Positions 19,078 through 29,081 are shown, counted from the first letter of the stretch. The stretch: 64,000 bases of DNA from Verrucomicrobiia bacterium (GCA_030427505.1 JAUICH010000019.1:1-64000); one strand, 5' to 3'. Numbers and translations: made by a program. The notes: generated by a model not told the origin, from the sequence alone.

Positions 19078-19335
19078 AGGACGCCTCTTATGCGGAGCGT
19101 CTTCTCGAATTACAAGTAATTCCGTGGGAAAATGCTTTCACAGACTATTTCCTGCCTTTCGCGGCTTTCGATTCCTTCGCTCGCGGCGGCGGCGCGCCTG
19201 ACAGCTCTTTCGTCTCGATCATTCCGGAAGAAACTTCCGCAATCGGACCTGTCGCAAAGAAAATGGCGAACCTTGTCAGGCCCGCCATTTTCTTAACAAC
19301 CAGATAAGTAACTAATTTGTCTCTCCCTGAGATCT

Positions 19336-19962
19336 TCAGAAATAAATTCGCGTTCCCACCAGCACCGACTGCTCGTCTTCGCCCAGCAGTCCGCCAACCT
19401 TCAGGGCCACGCGCTCGGTGAGCTTGCAGGTGATGCCCACGTTCACGTCCCAGCCTTCACCACTGTCGAAATGGTAGTAGTAGACATTGGCAAACACTTC
19501 ACAAGAACGGCAGACCGCGTAGCGGAAACCCGGTCCCACGGAGAAGCCGAATTCGTCGTCGTCTCCAAAGTCCGCTTCGGTGCGGCTCCAGATACCGGCG
19601 GCTTCCACGTTCAGGTGGAACCGTTCGGTAACCGGAAAGTAACACCCGAGGCCGGCTGAGCCGCCAAACAGATCCGCGTCCGACCCATCGGTATTCGCGT
19701 GCACCCATTCAAAGGAACCGGTGGCATACATGGGGCCCCAGAGGGCCTTGGACACATTGGCCCCGGCCCCATGACCTTCATCCCAACCAGGATAGTCAAA
19801 ATTCCGGTAAATGTAGTGGGTGTCAGCGAAGTCATAGGTGAGCCAGGGCTCCTCCACTTCGCACATGGTACAGACGGTTTTTCCGGACGGCGCTTCGCCG
19901 GCTTGGAGTCCGCTGAGCGTCAGCCCGGAAAGGGCGGTAATAAATAAGATATGGCGCTTCAT
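19336..19962 (-). CDS. Outer-membrane beta-barrel protein (OmpW/OmpA-like small porin family)
   Basis: Signal peptide MKRHILFITALSGLTLSGLQA, alternating amphipathic beta-strand pattern, C-terminal aromatic residue (…GTRIYF). Confidence 0.5.
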   Translation of the reverse strand: MKRHILFITALSGLTLSGLQAGEAPSGKTVCTMCEVEEPWLTYDFADTHYIYRNFDYPGWDEGHGAGANVSKALWGPMYATGSFEWVHANTDGSDADLFGGSAGLGCYFPVTERFHLNVEAAGIWSRTEADFGDDDEFGFSVGPGFRYAVCRSCEVFANVYYYHFDSGEGWDVNVGITCKLTERVALKVGGLLGEDEQSVLVGTRIYF

Positions 19963-20350
19963 AAGATTTGAGCAGGTTGATGAATCCTTGAAGATCAATG
20001 ATTCACTACCACGAACAAATCTTTAAGACCACTAAAATATCAATAATGTTTAAAATTATAGCTAAACGGCTTGGTATCCGTCTAGCGGGCCTCCCTGGTC
20101 CGCCAAGGCAGCCGCGCCGCGCGCCGTATCCTGAGGGAAAGATTTCCTTCTCCGGCCTGGAAAACCCTTCTCGCAATGAGAGGCCCCTCTCGCGGCCCGC
20201 GCCCTGGTAAGGGCGCTCGCGAGCGGGTCTCCAGCCCGCGACTTCCGGGGACCGAAATTTCCAGGCCTAAAGGCCTGCACTTTGGGCGACCGGCCCTTCA
20301 GGCCGGAGAAGCTCGCTAGACGGACACGCGCTTGACCGCCTTTCGAGAAC

Positions 20351-21145
20351 CTACTTCATCGGAGAAAAGTCCAGCGGCTTCAGAAAGGTGTTCTTCACCC
20401 CGCCCTTGATCAGGATTTTTCCGTTTTCTTCCGAGGCCTTCCGGGCCGCCTGCCAGTCCGGATCTCCAGCGAAAGCTTTAAAAGAAGCATCCCGGGTCTC
20501 CAGATCGGGATGCGCCAGGAGGTACACCAGCGTGTGGCCCGCGGTTTCTTCTCCTTCCACCGGATGAAAGTAGGCCACGTTCGTCATGCCGTGCTTCTCG
20601 AACAGATCCACGGTGTGATCGCGAAACCGCGCGTCCAGGTCCGTCAACTTGCCCGGATTCGTCGTGTAGATCCGCAACTCGAAGAGCCGTTCGGGATCTT
20701 TCGGTTCGATTTTCAGTTCCGGTGAGTAGTCCGTCATTTCCAAAAACAGCTGATCCACTTTTCCCACCAGTTTTCCGTCCGCGGTGGAAGCCGCGTAGGC
20801 AGCTTTCCAGTCCGGGTCGTCTTTGAAGGCCTTCCACATGGCATCCCGCGCTTCCCGGTTGGGATAAGCCATCAGATAAACCAGCACGCTCTCGCTATTG
20901 TCCGTGGGCACCCAGTAAGCCACGTTCGTCATGCCATGCTTCTCAAACAGGGCCACGGTGTGATCGCGGAAGCGTTTTTCCAGGGCTTCCAATTTGCCTT
21001 GGTTGGCGTGGTAGGTTCGTAGTTCGAAAATACGCGAATCTTCCGCCCGCGCCGTGAGGACCGGGAGGACGAGAAGGAAAAGCAAAGCCACGAACGGCGC
21101 GGCGAACACAGGGCGAAATCGATTAGGATATTGGGAATGGATCAT
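20351..21145 (-). CDS. NIPSNAP family protein (tandem NIPSNAP domains) with signal peptide
   Basis: Two internal repeats, each with FELRTYH…GKL…L…RF.DHTV.LFEKHGMTNVAY, typical of NIPSNAP/Dabb-like domains. Confidence 0.6.
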   Translation of the reverse strand: MIHSQYPNRFRPVFAAPFVALLFLLVLPVLTARAEDSRIFELRTYHANQGKLEALEKRFRDHTVALFEKHGMTNVAYWVPTDNSESVLVYLMAYPNREARDAMWKAFKDDPDWKAAYAASTADGKLVGKVDQLFLEMTDYSPELKIEPKDPERLFELRIYTTNPGKLTDLDARFRDHTVDLFEKHGMTNVAYFHPVEGEETAGHTLVYLLAHPDLETRDASFKAFAGDPDWQAARKASEENGKILIKGGVKNTFLKPLDFSPMK

Positions 21146-21197
21146 TTCAACGGGGGGTTCTGGAGGGTTCTTCTATATTTGGTGTGAAAGCGCCGCA

Positions 21198-22712
21198 TCA
21201 ACTGTCCGGCAAAGCGCCTTTCCAGCCTTTGGCCAGTTGGCCGGCCAGTTCCTTGACCTTGGTCTCGTATTCCGGAAGCACGGCCAGGTTGGTGTTTTCT
21301 TCCGGATCGGACTGCAGATCGTACAGCTCGTATTCGCGGAATTTGTCGGACGCTTTCATTGGCCGCCACTCCACCAGGTGGTAGCGCTCCGTGCGCATGC
21401 CAAAACCCAGCGCGGAGCCATGATCGGGAATCTTTCGCGGATAGACGTGAAAGACCGCTTTCTTCCAGGGGCGGTCCGGCTTGTCCATCACTGGTTTCAA
21501 GGAAATACCCTCCAGACCGTCGGGAATGTCCAGCCCACACAGATCCGCCAGAGTCGGGAACACATCCACAAACTCCACCAGCGCTTCGCTCCGCGCTCCC
21601 GGGTTGGCCTGGCCCGGCGCATAAAAGATCAGCGGCGCGCGCACCGCCACGTCATAGTTCGTGTGCTTGCACCAGAAGCTATGGTCGCGCAGTTGCCAGC
21701 CGTGGTCGCCCCATAGCACGATGACTGTGTTGCCGGTCAGCCCTTCTTCTTCCAACGCCGCGATCAGGCGGCCCACGCAGGCATCCACATAGCTGGTGGC
21801 CGCATAGTAGCCATGCACCATGTTCCGCTCCTGGCCGGCGGACAGCGGTCCCTTGGAGGGGATGCCCTGGTAGGCGCGCAGTTCACCCCAGGACGTCGCG
21901 GCATAGGAAGGCGCGTCCTTGGGAGTAAAGTTGTTCGCCGCGGGATCCATGTCCGCCGGATCGTAGAGATCCCAATACCTCTTCGGCGCCACGAAGGGCA
22001 GGTGAGGATTCAGGAAACCCACGCCCAGGAAGAAGGGTTTTCCCTTTTCCTTATACTCTTTGATCAACTGAATGGCGGTGGCGGTGTTCGAGCCGTCCGT
22101 CAGCTCGTCGTCCCCCAGTTCAGGCGCTTCCCAGGGCAGGCCCCTAACTTTGTCTTTGCCGTTCTTCGGATCGCCACCCTTCGCCTTCACTTCGGCCACC
22201 AGGTTCTTGTAAAGTTCCTGGGCTTCCGGACTGAAGCGCGGAGCGCTGGGGTAGTTTTTCATCCGGCTCCAGGAAAACTTATCGTCCCGGTTCCCATGAC
22301 CGGTGTGGAAGATCTTACCGAGCCGCTCGGTGTGGTAGCCGTTATTCTTGAAATGTTGTGCCACGGTGACGGCATCCGGCACCTTGTCCCGGAAGTGCGT
22401 GGGCAGATCGAAAACGCCGGTGGTCTCCGGCCGCAGGCTCGTCATGAGGGACGCGCGAGAGGGATTGCACACGGCCTGCTGGCAATAGGAGTTCAGAAAC
22501 GTGGTTCCCCGCGCCGCCAAGGCATCGATGTTCGGCGTAATGGCGCGTTCGTCTCCGTAGCAGCCCAGCGCGGGCCGTAAATCATCGACAGCAATGAAAA
22601 GGACATTCAGCGCCTCCGGTTTCTTGCTCGCGTCCTGACCGCGGGCCATTCCAGAGAAAACAAGAGCGCTAACCAGGCACAAGATCGCAACGGGTTTCGA
22701 AAGAGTCTTCAT
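21198..22712 (-). CDS. Sulfatase (formylglycine-dependent, iduronate-2-sulfatase/arylsulfatase-like)
   Basis: 504 aa. Signal peptide. The N-terminal VLFIAVDDLR and the CNPSRASLMTS (C-x-P-x-R) motif are diagnostic for type I sulfatases. Confidence 0.85.
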   Translation of the reverse strand: MKTLSKPVAILCLVSALVFSGMARGQDASKKPEALNVLFIAVDDLRPALGCYGDERAITPNIDALAARGTTFLNSYCQQAVCNPSRASLMTSLRPETTGVFDLPTHFRDKVPDAVTVAQHFKNNGYHTERLGKIFHTGHGNRDDKFSWSRMKNYPSAPRFSPEAQELYKNLVAEVKAKGGDPKNGKDKVRGLPWEAPELGDDELTDGSNTATAIQLIKEYKEKGKPFFLGVGFLNPHLPFVAPKRYWDLYDPADMDPAANNFTPKDAPSYAATSWGELRAYQGIPSKGPLSAGQERNMVHGYYAATSYVDACVGRLIAALEEEGLTGNTVIVLWGDHGWQLRDHSFWCKHTNYDVAVRAPLIFYAPGQANPGARSEALVEFVDVFPTLADLCGLDIPDGLEGISLKPVMDKPDRPWKKAVFHVYPRKIPDHGSALGFGMRTERYHLVEWRPMKASDKFREYELYDLQSDPEENTNLAVLPEYETKVKELAGQLAKGWKGALPDS

Positions 22713-22970
22713 AGGGGGAGGATGTGAAGCGCGGGAACTTCGGCGGGATTCTGCCCCACCATGTGGAGTTCAACAATCAATACCTGCTGGCGTAATGACG
22801 TGCGGCTCCAGCCCGCAACGGACCTCACACAGCCGCCTCATTCGTAACCATTTCTGACGCAAAGGGAGGGAAGCGAAAAGAAATAAAGGACGGCGCCGCC
22901 CGTCCATCACCGGAGCATTTCACCAGCTCCACAGACTGAACCCAACCCCCTCGAAACGAGTAATCTCCCC

Positions 22971-23360
22971 ATGAAACACCTGATCCTCCTTCCCTTGGTG
23001 GCGCTTGGTTCTCTGGCGCTCACCTCATGTTACTACCATGGCGCCCCTCACCACTACGGGCAAAACCGCCACGCCACCCGCGGCGCGGTCACCGGCGGCC
23101 TCGTGGGGGCTGGCGCGGGCGCCATTATCGGCAATCAGTCCGACCGCCCCCTGGAAGGCGCCGCCATCGGCGGTGTCCTCGGCGCCCTGGCCGGTGGAGC
23201 TCTCGGCAGCTCCCGAGATGGGTACTACCACCCCTCAGACCGCTACTACTCCCGGCCTTCGGCCCGGTACTACTACTACGAAAGCCGCCGGCCTTCGTAC
23301 TATGACAATGGCTATGGCTACCGGCGGCACCATCACAGCCACCGCCGTCACTACTGGTAG
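22971..23360 (+). CDS. Glycine-zipper lipoprotein with Tyr/His/Arg-rich C-terminal tail
   Basis: Lipobox LALTSC, glycine-zipper segment GGLVGAGAGAIIGN…GGVLGALAGGALG, then YYSRPSARYYYYESRRPSYYDNGYGYRRHHHSHRRHYW. Confidence 0.5.
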   Translation: MKHLILLPLVALGSLALTSCYYHGAPHHYGQNRHATRGAVTGGLVGAGAGAIIGNQSDRPLEGAAIGGVLGALAGGALGSSRDGYYHPSDRYYSRPSARYYYYESRRPSYYDNGYGYRRHHHSHRRHYW

Positions 23361-23503
23361 GAGCCTGCTACCCCAAGCCCGACCAGCCCTGGCCCGCCCC
23401 CAATAAAACCCATGGCTACTATGGACAGCCAGGTCTCAAAAAGCGTAACTTGGACCGGTATCTCCCTCCGGGAATCCAGGACGACCTCACCCGAGACTTC
23501 TCC

Positions 23504-23776
23504 ATGAAAGGCTATTTTCTCCTTCCCGCGGCGGCTTTGGCGGCGCTGTTTCTAGCTTCCTCCTGCTGCTACTTCCAGCCCTGTCACGCTCCTACCCCGT
23601 GTGACGATCCCGCGCCGGTCTGCGGCAGACCCACGAACGGTCTGACAGACCCGTGCTACACCTTTGGCCCCGGCCACGCGCGGCACGACTACTACCGCTC
23701 CCGGCAGGACTGCTACGAAGGCGCCCCTGGAAGCTGCTGCGGCACGGGGGAATACGTCCCCGCCTCCAACAAGTAG
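23504..23776 (+). CDS. Small Cys-rich secreted or lipoprotein (hypothetical)
   Basis: About 90 aa from internal ATG (MKGYFLLPAAALAALFLASSCC). Eleven Cys residues. No recognisable family. Confidence 0.3.
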   Translation: MKGYFLLPAAALAALFLASSCCYFQPCHAPTPCDDPAPVCGRPTNGLTDPCYTFGPGHARHDYYRSRQDCYEGAPGSCCGTGEYVPASNK

Positions 23777-23801
23777 CGCTCGCCTGTGAGCTGATTCAAT
23801 T

Positions 23802-25403
23802 CTAGGGGCGCTTCTCAGCGGTCCCAGCGTCCTGAGCTGGGGCAGGCGCTCTCGCCGCCGCGGTCTCTCCACTGGGTTCCTGCATCCACACACTGAGCCG
23901 GGCCCAGCGGTCTTTGGGATCCTGCAAATACATCCCACCCGCCACGATGTCCGGCAGGCCATCTCCATTGAAATCCGCCAGGTCAAAGGTGGCCAGGTTG
24001 GTCGGGTCGTAGGAAATCTTCTTCCGCGTGAAATTTTCCTGCCCGTCATTTTCCAGGAAAATGAGACTGGGCAGATCGTGCGTCTCCCAGTCGAAGTACA
24101 TGTTGGACGCCACGATATCCAGGTCGCCATCCCCATCCATGTCGCGGGCCAGCGCCCGGTAGCAACTGTGGTAGCGGCAAATATCCCGCAGACGGAAGTT
24201 CAGGTTCCCATCGTTCTCCAGCCACTGAATGCCGTGATAAGGCTTAGTGGTGGAACCGGTATCCATGTTATCTCCGTTGGAATAGAGAATGTCAGTATCT
24301 CCGTCCTGATCCAAATCCACCAGGGTCAGCCCGGAGGAGCCGTAGGCGGGATTGTCCGCTTTGCCGATGAGGTGAATGTCAAACTTCCCCTCGCCGAGGT
24401 TCATGCAGCGCAGCACCATCTCATGCTGTTGCGAGACCAGCGCCACAAAGTCCATCCGGCCGTCATGGTCCAAATCTTCGGTTTCCAGGCGCATGACCCC
24501 ATTCAGCCTCAGCATGTTATGAAGTTGAAACTTCTCCGGGCTGACCTGCTCCAGCCAACCGAGCATGCCCGTGGTGCGCCAGCCAAACATGGCCAGGACA
24601 AAGTCGTAGTCGCCGTCGCCGTCCAAGTCGGCGGGCTGCACGTCTGAAATGCGGGGCACGCCTCCGATGAGGCGCTTGGGCTCAAAGTGTTGCTCGCCAT
24701 CATTGACGAGCACGATCGCGGCCCCTTGCAGTTCGTCGTTCGGCCACATGAAACCCATGGTGGCCACCGCAATGTCCAGATCTCCATCGCCCTCAAAGTC
24801 GAACGTCTCCGTGCGCACGGGCGCTTTCAATTCGGCCAGCACGGTTTCCTCCCACGATCCATCCTCCAGCCGCCGCAGCCAGGTCAGGCGGTCGAACCAG
24901 TTGTCGCACACCAGCACGTCTTCCCGGCCGTCCTGGTCCAGGTCCGTGACATTGACGTTGGAAATCTGGGGCCGCGGCCCGGGCTCGAGTCCCACGGTTT
25001 GCTTCGTGAAGCTCAGTGGGCAGGGCAGAAAATTGTCCGGCCGGCGGTAAAGTTCCTCCCGGGCATAAGCCTGGTAGTAGGTAACCAGTGCGCCGATCTC
25101 CTGGCGGGACAGGTATCGCTCCTGGTCGATCATCAAGTCCGCCATTTCCAGGATAATGCGCTCCCACGCGTCCCGCCGTTCCATGTAGGGTTCGGGGAGC
25201 GCGTGGCACCCACTGCACGCTTTCACCTTCAGGGCCAGCATCTGGGGCGACGGAGGGGGCAGGGCAGCCGGATCCGTCGCGTCCTGTGCCTGGGTAGCAG
25301 GGTTCGCCAGACCACCTCCCATAGCCACCGCCGCCAACACGCGCGGCACGAGTATGCGAAAAGACTTACTGACCGCGGCCAGTCTGGAGATGTGGGGGAT
25401 CAC
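23802..25403 (-). CDS. FG-GAP/VCBS repeat protein with N-terminal CxxCH (putative heme c) motif
   Basis: 533 aa. Repeated DLDxDGxxD calcium-binding-like FG-GAP motifs (DLDQDGREDV, DFEGDGDLDI, DLDGDGDYD, DLDHDGRMD, DLDQDGDTD, DMDGDGDLD, DFNGDGLPD). CSGCH near the N-terminus. Confidence 0.65.
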   Translation of the reverse strand: MIPHISRLAAVSKSFRILVPRVLAAVAMGGGLANPATQAQDATDPAALPPPSPQMLALKVKACSGCHALPEPYMERRDAWERIILEMADLMIDQERYLSRQEIGALVTYYQAYAREELYRRPDNFLPCPLSFTKQTVGLEPGPRPQISNVNVTDLDQDGREDVLVCDNWFDRLTWLRRLEDGSWEETVLAELKAPVRTETFDFEGDGDLDIAVATMGFMWPNDELQGAAIVLVNDGEQHFEPKRLIGGVPRISDVQPADLDGDGDYDFVLAMFGWRTTGMLGWLEQVSPEKFQLHNMLRLNGVMRLETEDLDHDGRMDFVALVSQQHEMVLRCMNLGEGKFDIHLIGKADNPAYGSSGLTLVDLDQDGDTDILYSNGDNMDTGSTTKPYHGIQWLENDGNLNFRLRDICRYHSCYRALARDMDGDGDLDIVASNMYFDWETHDLPSLIFLENDGQENFTRKKISYDPTNLATFDLADFNGDGLPDIVAGGMYLQDPKDRWARLSVWMQEPSGETAAARAPAPAQDAGTAEKRP

Positions 25404-25479
25404 CGGGAGGAAAGAATCCCCTTACCTTTCCCCCAATGTCCCGCCGTGTCGAGCCATGCCAGCCATTAATTGAGTCGGC

Positions 25480-26796
25480 CTAGAGTTTGACCGGCAGCTT
25501 CTCGATCTTCTCCAGTCCGGTGATGATGCGGGCGCCGCGCTGGTAATGAATGTAGGCATAGAACCACTGAAGCAGGACCGCTAATTTGTTCCGGAAACCC
25601 ACCAGGAACATCAGGTGGACGAACAGCCACATAAGCCAGGCGATGAATCCGGTGAACTTCAGGCCCATGCTGCTGGCCACGGCCGCCGAACGCCCAATGG
25701 TGGCCATGCTGCCTTTGTCGAAATAAGAAAAGGCTTCCCGCTCCTTTGGCTGGGGTTGCAGAAGGATCTCCCGCTCCACTTCATTCGCGATGACCTTCGC
25801 CGCGTGACGGCCCATCTGCATGGCGGCGGGACAGAGGCCGGGCACATTCCGGCCTTTCGCGTCGATACAGGCGGCGATGTCTCCCGCCACGAACACTTCC
25901 GGATGCCCGGGAATACTGAGATCCTGATTCACCTTGATGCGTCCGGCCCGGTCGGTTTCCACGCCCAGTTTCGAGGTTAGCTCCGGCGCCTTGATCCCGG
26001 CGGCCCAGATGACGTTCGCGGCCCGCACGGTCTCGTCCCCAAATTCCACGACATCATCCTCCACGCGCTTTACCGGGCTGTTAAGCTTCACGGTCACCCC
26101 CATCTTCTCCAGGTGCCGCCGAGTGTATTCCGAAAGCTTTTCGTCAAACATGCCCAGAAGCCGGGGCGCGGCTTCCACCAGGTAGATGTGGGCTTCGGCG
26201 GTGTCGGTACGTCGGAAGTCTTTTTTCAAGACCCGGCGCGAGAGTTCGGCGAACGACCCGGCCATTTCGACACCAGTCGGGCCACCACCCACGACCACGA
26301 TGTTCATGAGGCGCCGCTTTTCTTCCGGATCTTCACACATCTCCGCCCGCTCGAAAGCCAGCAGAACATTCCGCCGGATGGCCATGGCATCGTCCAGAGT
26401 CTTCAGGCCGGGAGCATCCTTGGCCCACTCGTCATGCCCGAAGTAGCCCGTCTTCACCCCCAGCCCGATGACCAGGTAGTCGTAGGTGAGCGTATGCTCT
26501 TTGCAGTGCACCTCCCGGCTCCTCAAGTCCACGCTCGTCACCTCATCCATCAGCGTGGTGACGTTCGGGTATTCGGTGAATATAGCGCGAACCGCGCGGG
26601 CAATCTCTGGCGCCGCCAGTCCCGCGGTGGCCACCTGGTAGAGCAGGGGTTGAAAGAGGTGGTAGTTCTGCCGGTCGATCAAGGTGACACGCACCGGCAC
26701 GTCTTTCATGGCTTTGCAAAATTCCAGGCCCGCGAAACCGGCCCCCAGCATGACGATGTGTTTTCGTTTGTTTTCAGGGTCCTCTTCAGTGTTCAT
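25480..26796 (-). CDS. ndh: Type II NADH dehydrogenase (NDH-2), FAD/NAD(P)-binding
   Basis: 438 aa. GAGFAG and GGGPTG dinucleotide-binding motifs. Overall NDH-2 architecture with a C-terminal membrane-anchoring region. Confidence 0.8.
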   Translation of the reverse strand: MNTEEDPENKRKHIVMLGAGFAGLEFCKAMKDVPVRVTLIDRQNYHLFQPLLYQVATAGLAAPEIARAVRAIFTEYPNVTTLMDEVTSVDLRSREVHCKEHTLTYDYLVIGLGVKTGYFGHDEWAKDAPGLKTLDDAMAIRRNVLLAFERAEMCEDPEEKRRLMNIVVVGGGPTGVEMAGSFAELSRRVLKKDFRRTDTAEAHIYLVEAAPRLLGMFDEKLSEYTRRHLEKMGVTVKLNSPVKRVEDDVVEFGDETVRAANVIWAAGIKAPELTSKLGVETDRAGRIKVNQDLSIPGHPEVFVAGDIAACIDAKGRNVPGLCPAAMQMGRHAAKVIANEVEREILLQPQPKEREAFSYFDKGSMATIGRSAAVASSMGLKFTGFIAWLMWLFVHLMFLVGFRNKLAVLLQWFYAYIHYQRGARIITGLEKIEKLPVKL

Positions 26797-26901
26797 GGCA
26801 GCGGCACTAGGTTTGGGAAAGTCTGACAGCTAAGCGAGTTATCCTCGTGATAGATAACGGCGTTCGCGCTATTCTTGATTCCTACTTCTCACGTTTCCCT
26901 C

Positions 26902-27687
26902 ATGAAGTCGATTCCAACACCCTTCCGCCTTTCGCCCCTCTGGACCAAGGGGCTGTCCTGGTTCTTCCGCGGTTGCGGGGCCCTCTGCCTGTCCGCCGCC
27001 ATGGCCGCGCCGGAAGCCGCGGACACCGCTTCCACCGGTCAGGACGAGCCTCTGAAAGTACCCCAGGTCCAGCGTCTGGGTGAGAACCGCTACCGGCTGG
27101 GCGAAATCGAGTTCAACAGCAAGACGCGCGAGATCCGCGTTCCAGCCGAGGTAAACTTGCAGCAGGGCCTGGTGGAATATTACCTCGTCCACGAGACGGG
27201 TAAGATTCACGAGAGCGTATTCTGCACCAAGGTCCGGCCCCTGGAACTCCAAATGGTGCTCAAGCTATGCCGCTACCAAGAAGGCGAAGGCGACCTGTTT
27301 GACGTGTTTTACCCGGACGAGGAGCGCAAGGAGCGGGAAAAACAGGAGCGCGCGCGGGGCGAGGCCATTGCGATCGAGGTGCAGTGGGAAAAAGACGGCC
27401 AGACGGTCACCCACCCCGGCGCGAGTTGCGTGCGGAACCTGGCCAGGTCCGCCCCCATGACGGACGGCCCCTGGATCTACACCGGATCGGTCGTGGATCA
27501 GGGCGACTTCATCGCGGAGATCGAGGGCTCCATCGTGGCGGTTTACCTCGACATCTATGCCATGCTCAACAGTCCGCGCGAAGGCGCGGAGGACGACGAG
27601 CGCTGGGTCAGCAACGCGGAAATTCTTCCTGACATCGGCACGCCGGTCGTGGTATTGATGAAACCCGTATCCGAACTGCCCAAATGA
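26902..27687 (+). CDS. Hypothetical secreted protein
   Basis: Signal-like N-terminus. No recognisable family. Its stop overlaps the start of the next gene (ATGA), suggesting an operon with the prenyltransferase-like protein. Confidence 0.4.
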   Translation: MKSIPTPFRLSPLWTKGLSWFFRGCGALCLSAAMAAPEAADTASTGQDEPLKVPQVQRLGENRYRLGEIEFNSKTREIRVPAEVNLQQGLVEYYLVHETGKIHESVFCTKVRPLELQMVLKLCRYQEGEGDLFDVFYPDEERKEREKQERARGEAIAIEVQWEKDGQTVTHPGASCVRNLARSAPMTDGPWIYTGSVVDQGDFIAEIEGSIVAVYLDIYAMLNSPREGAEDDERWVSNAEILPDIGTPVVVLMKPVSELPK

Positions 27688-28883
27688 GAACCACATCTTT
27701 GCTTTCCCTCTTTGCCCTTTCCGCTTCTCTAGCCATCGCGCTGCCCGCGCAAGCTCAACAGGCAGCGGTACCTGTTTCGGAAAAACACTCTCTGAAACTG
27801 GAGATCGAACACGTCATCGACACGGGCGTGAAGTGGCTGATTGAAAATCAAAATGCCGAAAATGGTTCCTGGAGCGACGCGGAGCACCCGGCCATTTCCG
27901 CCCTCGCGCTGTCCGCCATCATGGGCCATCCGGAAAGGGAAGAGAGCAAAGCTCTCACCGACGCGCTCAACAAAGGCTACTCTTTCATCCTTTCCAATCA
28001 GAAGCCGGACGGCGGCATCTACGCCAAGGGACTGGCCAACTACAACACCGCACTCTCTCTGATGGCGCTGCTGGCCTCCGGCAAGGACGAGAACCTTCCC
28101 TCCATCCGTCAGGCGCGCAGTTTCCTGATCAAGCAGCAAGCGGACTTCGACACTCCAGGAAAGACCGACAACATCCTGGATGGCGGCCTCGGCTACGGAG
28201 ATGGATCCGCGCACGCGGACCTTTCGAACTCCCGCTTTTCCATTGAGGCGCTCTACTACTCAAAGAAAGCCCTGGCCGACACCGCCGGCGGCACGGGAGG
28301 CGAAGATCTCGACTGGGACGCGGCGATCCAGTTCATCGAACGCTGTCAGAATTCCGAAAAGACCGTTCAGACGCTGAAGGAAAAGGGTGACGAGCGGAAC
28401 CTGACCTTGCGCGAGGAAGACAAGGGCGGCTTCGTTTACAAACCCGGCAACTCCAAAGCGGGCGAAGTGACCCTGGAGAACGGAAAGATCGCCCTCCGCT
28501 CCTACGGCAGCATGACCTACGCGGGCTTGTTGAGCTTTATCTACGCGGACATGGACCGGGGCGACCCGCGCATCCAGTCGGCGATGACCTGGCTGCGCGA
28601 AAACTACACCCTGGAAGAAAACCCGGGCATGGAAGCCCAGGGGCTCTACTACTACTACCTGACCATGGCCAAAGGCCTGACCGTAGCGAACGTGAAAGAA
28701 CTGGAACTGGCAGACGGAACGAAGATCGACTGGCGGGAAAAGCTGGCCGTGAAACTCTTCGATCTTCAGAAGCAGGACGGCTCCTGGATCAATGAAGGCT
28801 CCAGCCGCTGGCGCGAGAACGATCCCGCCCTGGTCACGGCCTACACCGTGCTGGCCCTGGAGCACGTGCACAAGAGTCTGTAA
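27684..28883 (+). CDS. Prenyltransferase/squalene-oxidase-repeat (alpha-alpha toroid) domain protein, secreted
   Basis: Signal peptide. Repeated QxxDGSW/QKPDGG motifs (QNAENGSWS, QKPDGGIY, QKQDGSWI) typical of terpene-cyclase-like repeats that are common in PVC bacteria. Confidence 0.5.
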   Translation: MRTTSLLSLFALSASLAIALPAQAQQAAVPVSEKHSLKLEIEHVIDTGVKWLIENQNAENGSWSDAEHPAISALALSAIMGHPEREESKALTDALNKGYSFILSNQKPDGGIYAKGLANYNTALSLMALLASGKDENLPSIRQARSFLIKQQADFDTPGKTDNILDGGLGYGDGSAHADLSNSRFSIEALYYSKKALADTAGGTGGEDLDWDAAIQFIERCQNSEKTVQTLKEKGDERNLTLREEDKGGFVYKPGNSKAGEVTLENGKIALRSYGSMTYAGLLSFIYADMDRGDPRIQSAMTWLRENYTLEENPGMEAQGLYYYYLTMAKGLTVANVKELELADGTKIDWREKLAVKLFDLQKQDGSWINEGSSRWRENDPALVTAYTVLALEHVHKSL

Positions 28884-29081
28884 GAACCTCTCTCCAGGCT
28901 GCTTTGCCCGGGGAAAGACACAGCTACGCCTGGGACCCACCCTCCTTTTCCCCTCCGCCCACGTCCCGCTCCTGATTCCGGCTGAGAGCGGGGCGTTGGA
29001 GGATTTCAGTTCGAAATGGGGAGGCATTCTCCCGGAAACGGCCTATGATCGAGAACCCGCCACGGGACTCTCTCGAACAGC

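Noticed and set aside
21054-22580. Plus-strand ORFs (220 aa, 255 aa) overlapping the NIPSNAP and sulfatase genes
   Set aside because: They are antisense to genes with diagnostic motifs. No start-site context or domains.
24078-25469. Plus-strand ORFs (189 aa, 133 aa, 260 aa) inside the FG-GAP gene
   Set aside because: They are antisense to a repeat-containing gene and mirror its repeats. No independent support.
26113-29027. ORFs antisense to NDH-2 (237 aa) and to the prenyltransferase-like gene (255 aa, 161 aa)
   Set aside because: They are overlapped by better-supported genes on the other strand. Low-complexity translations.
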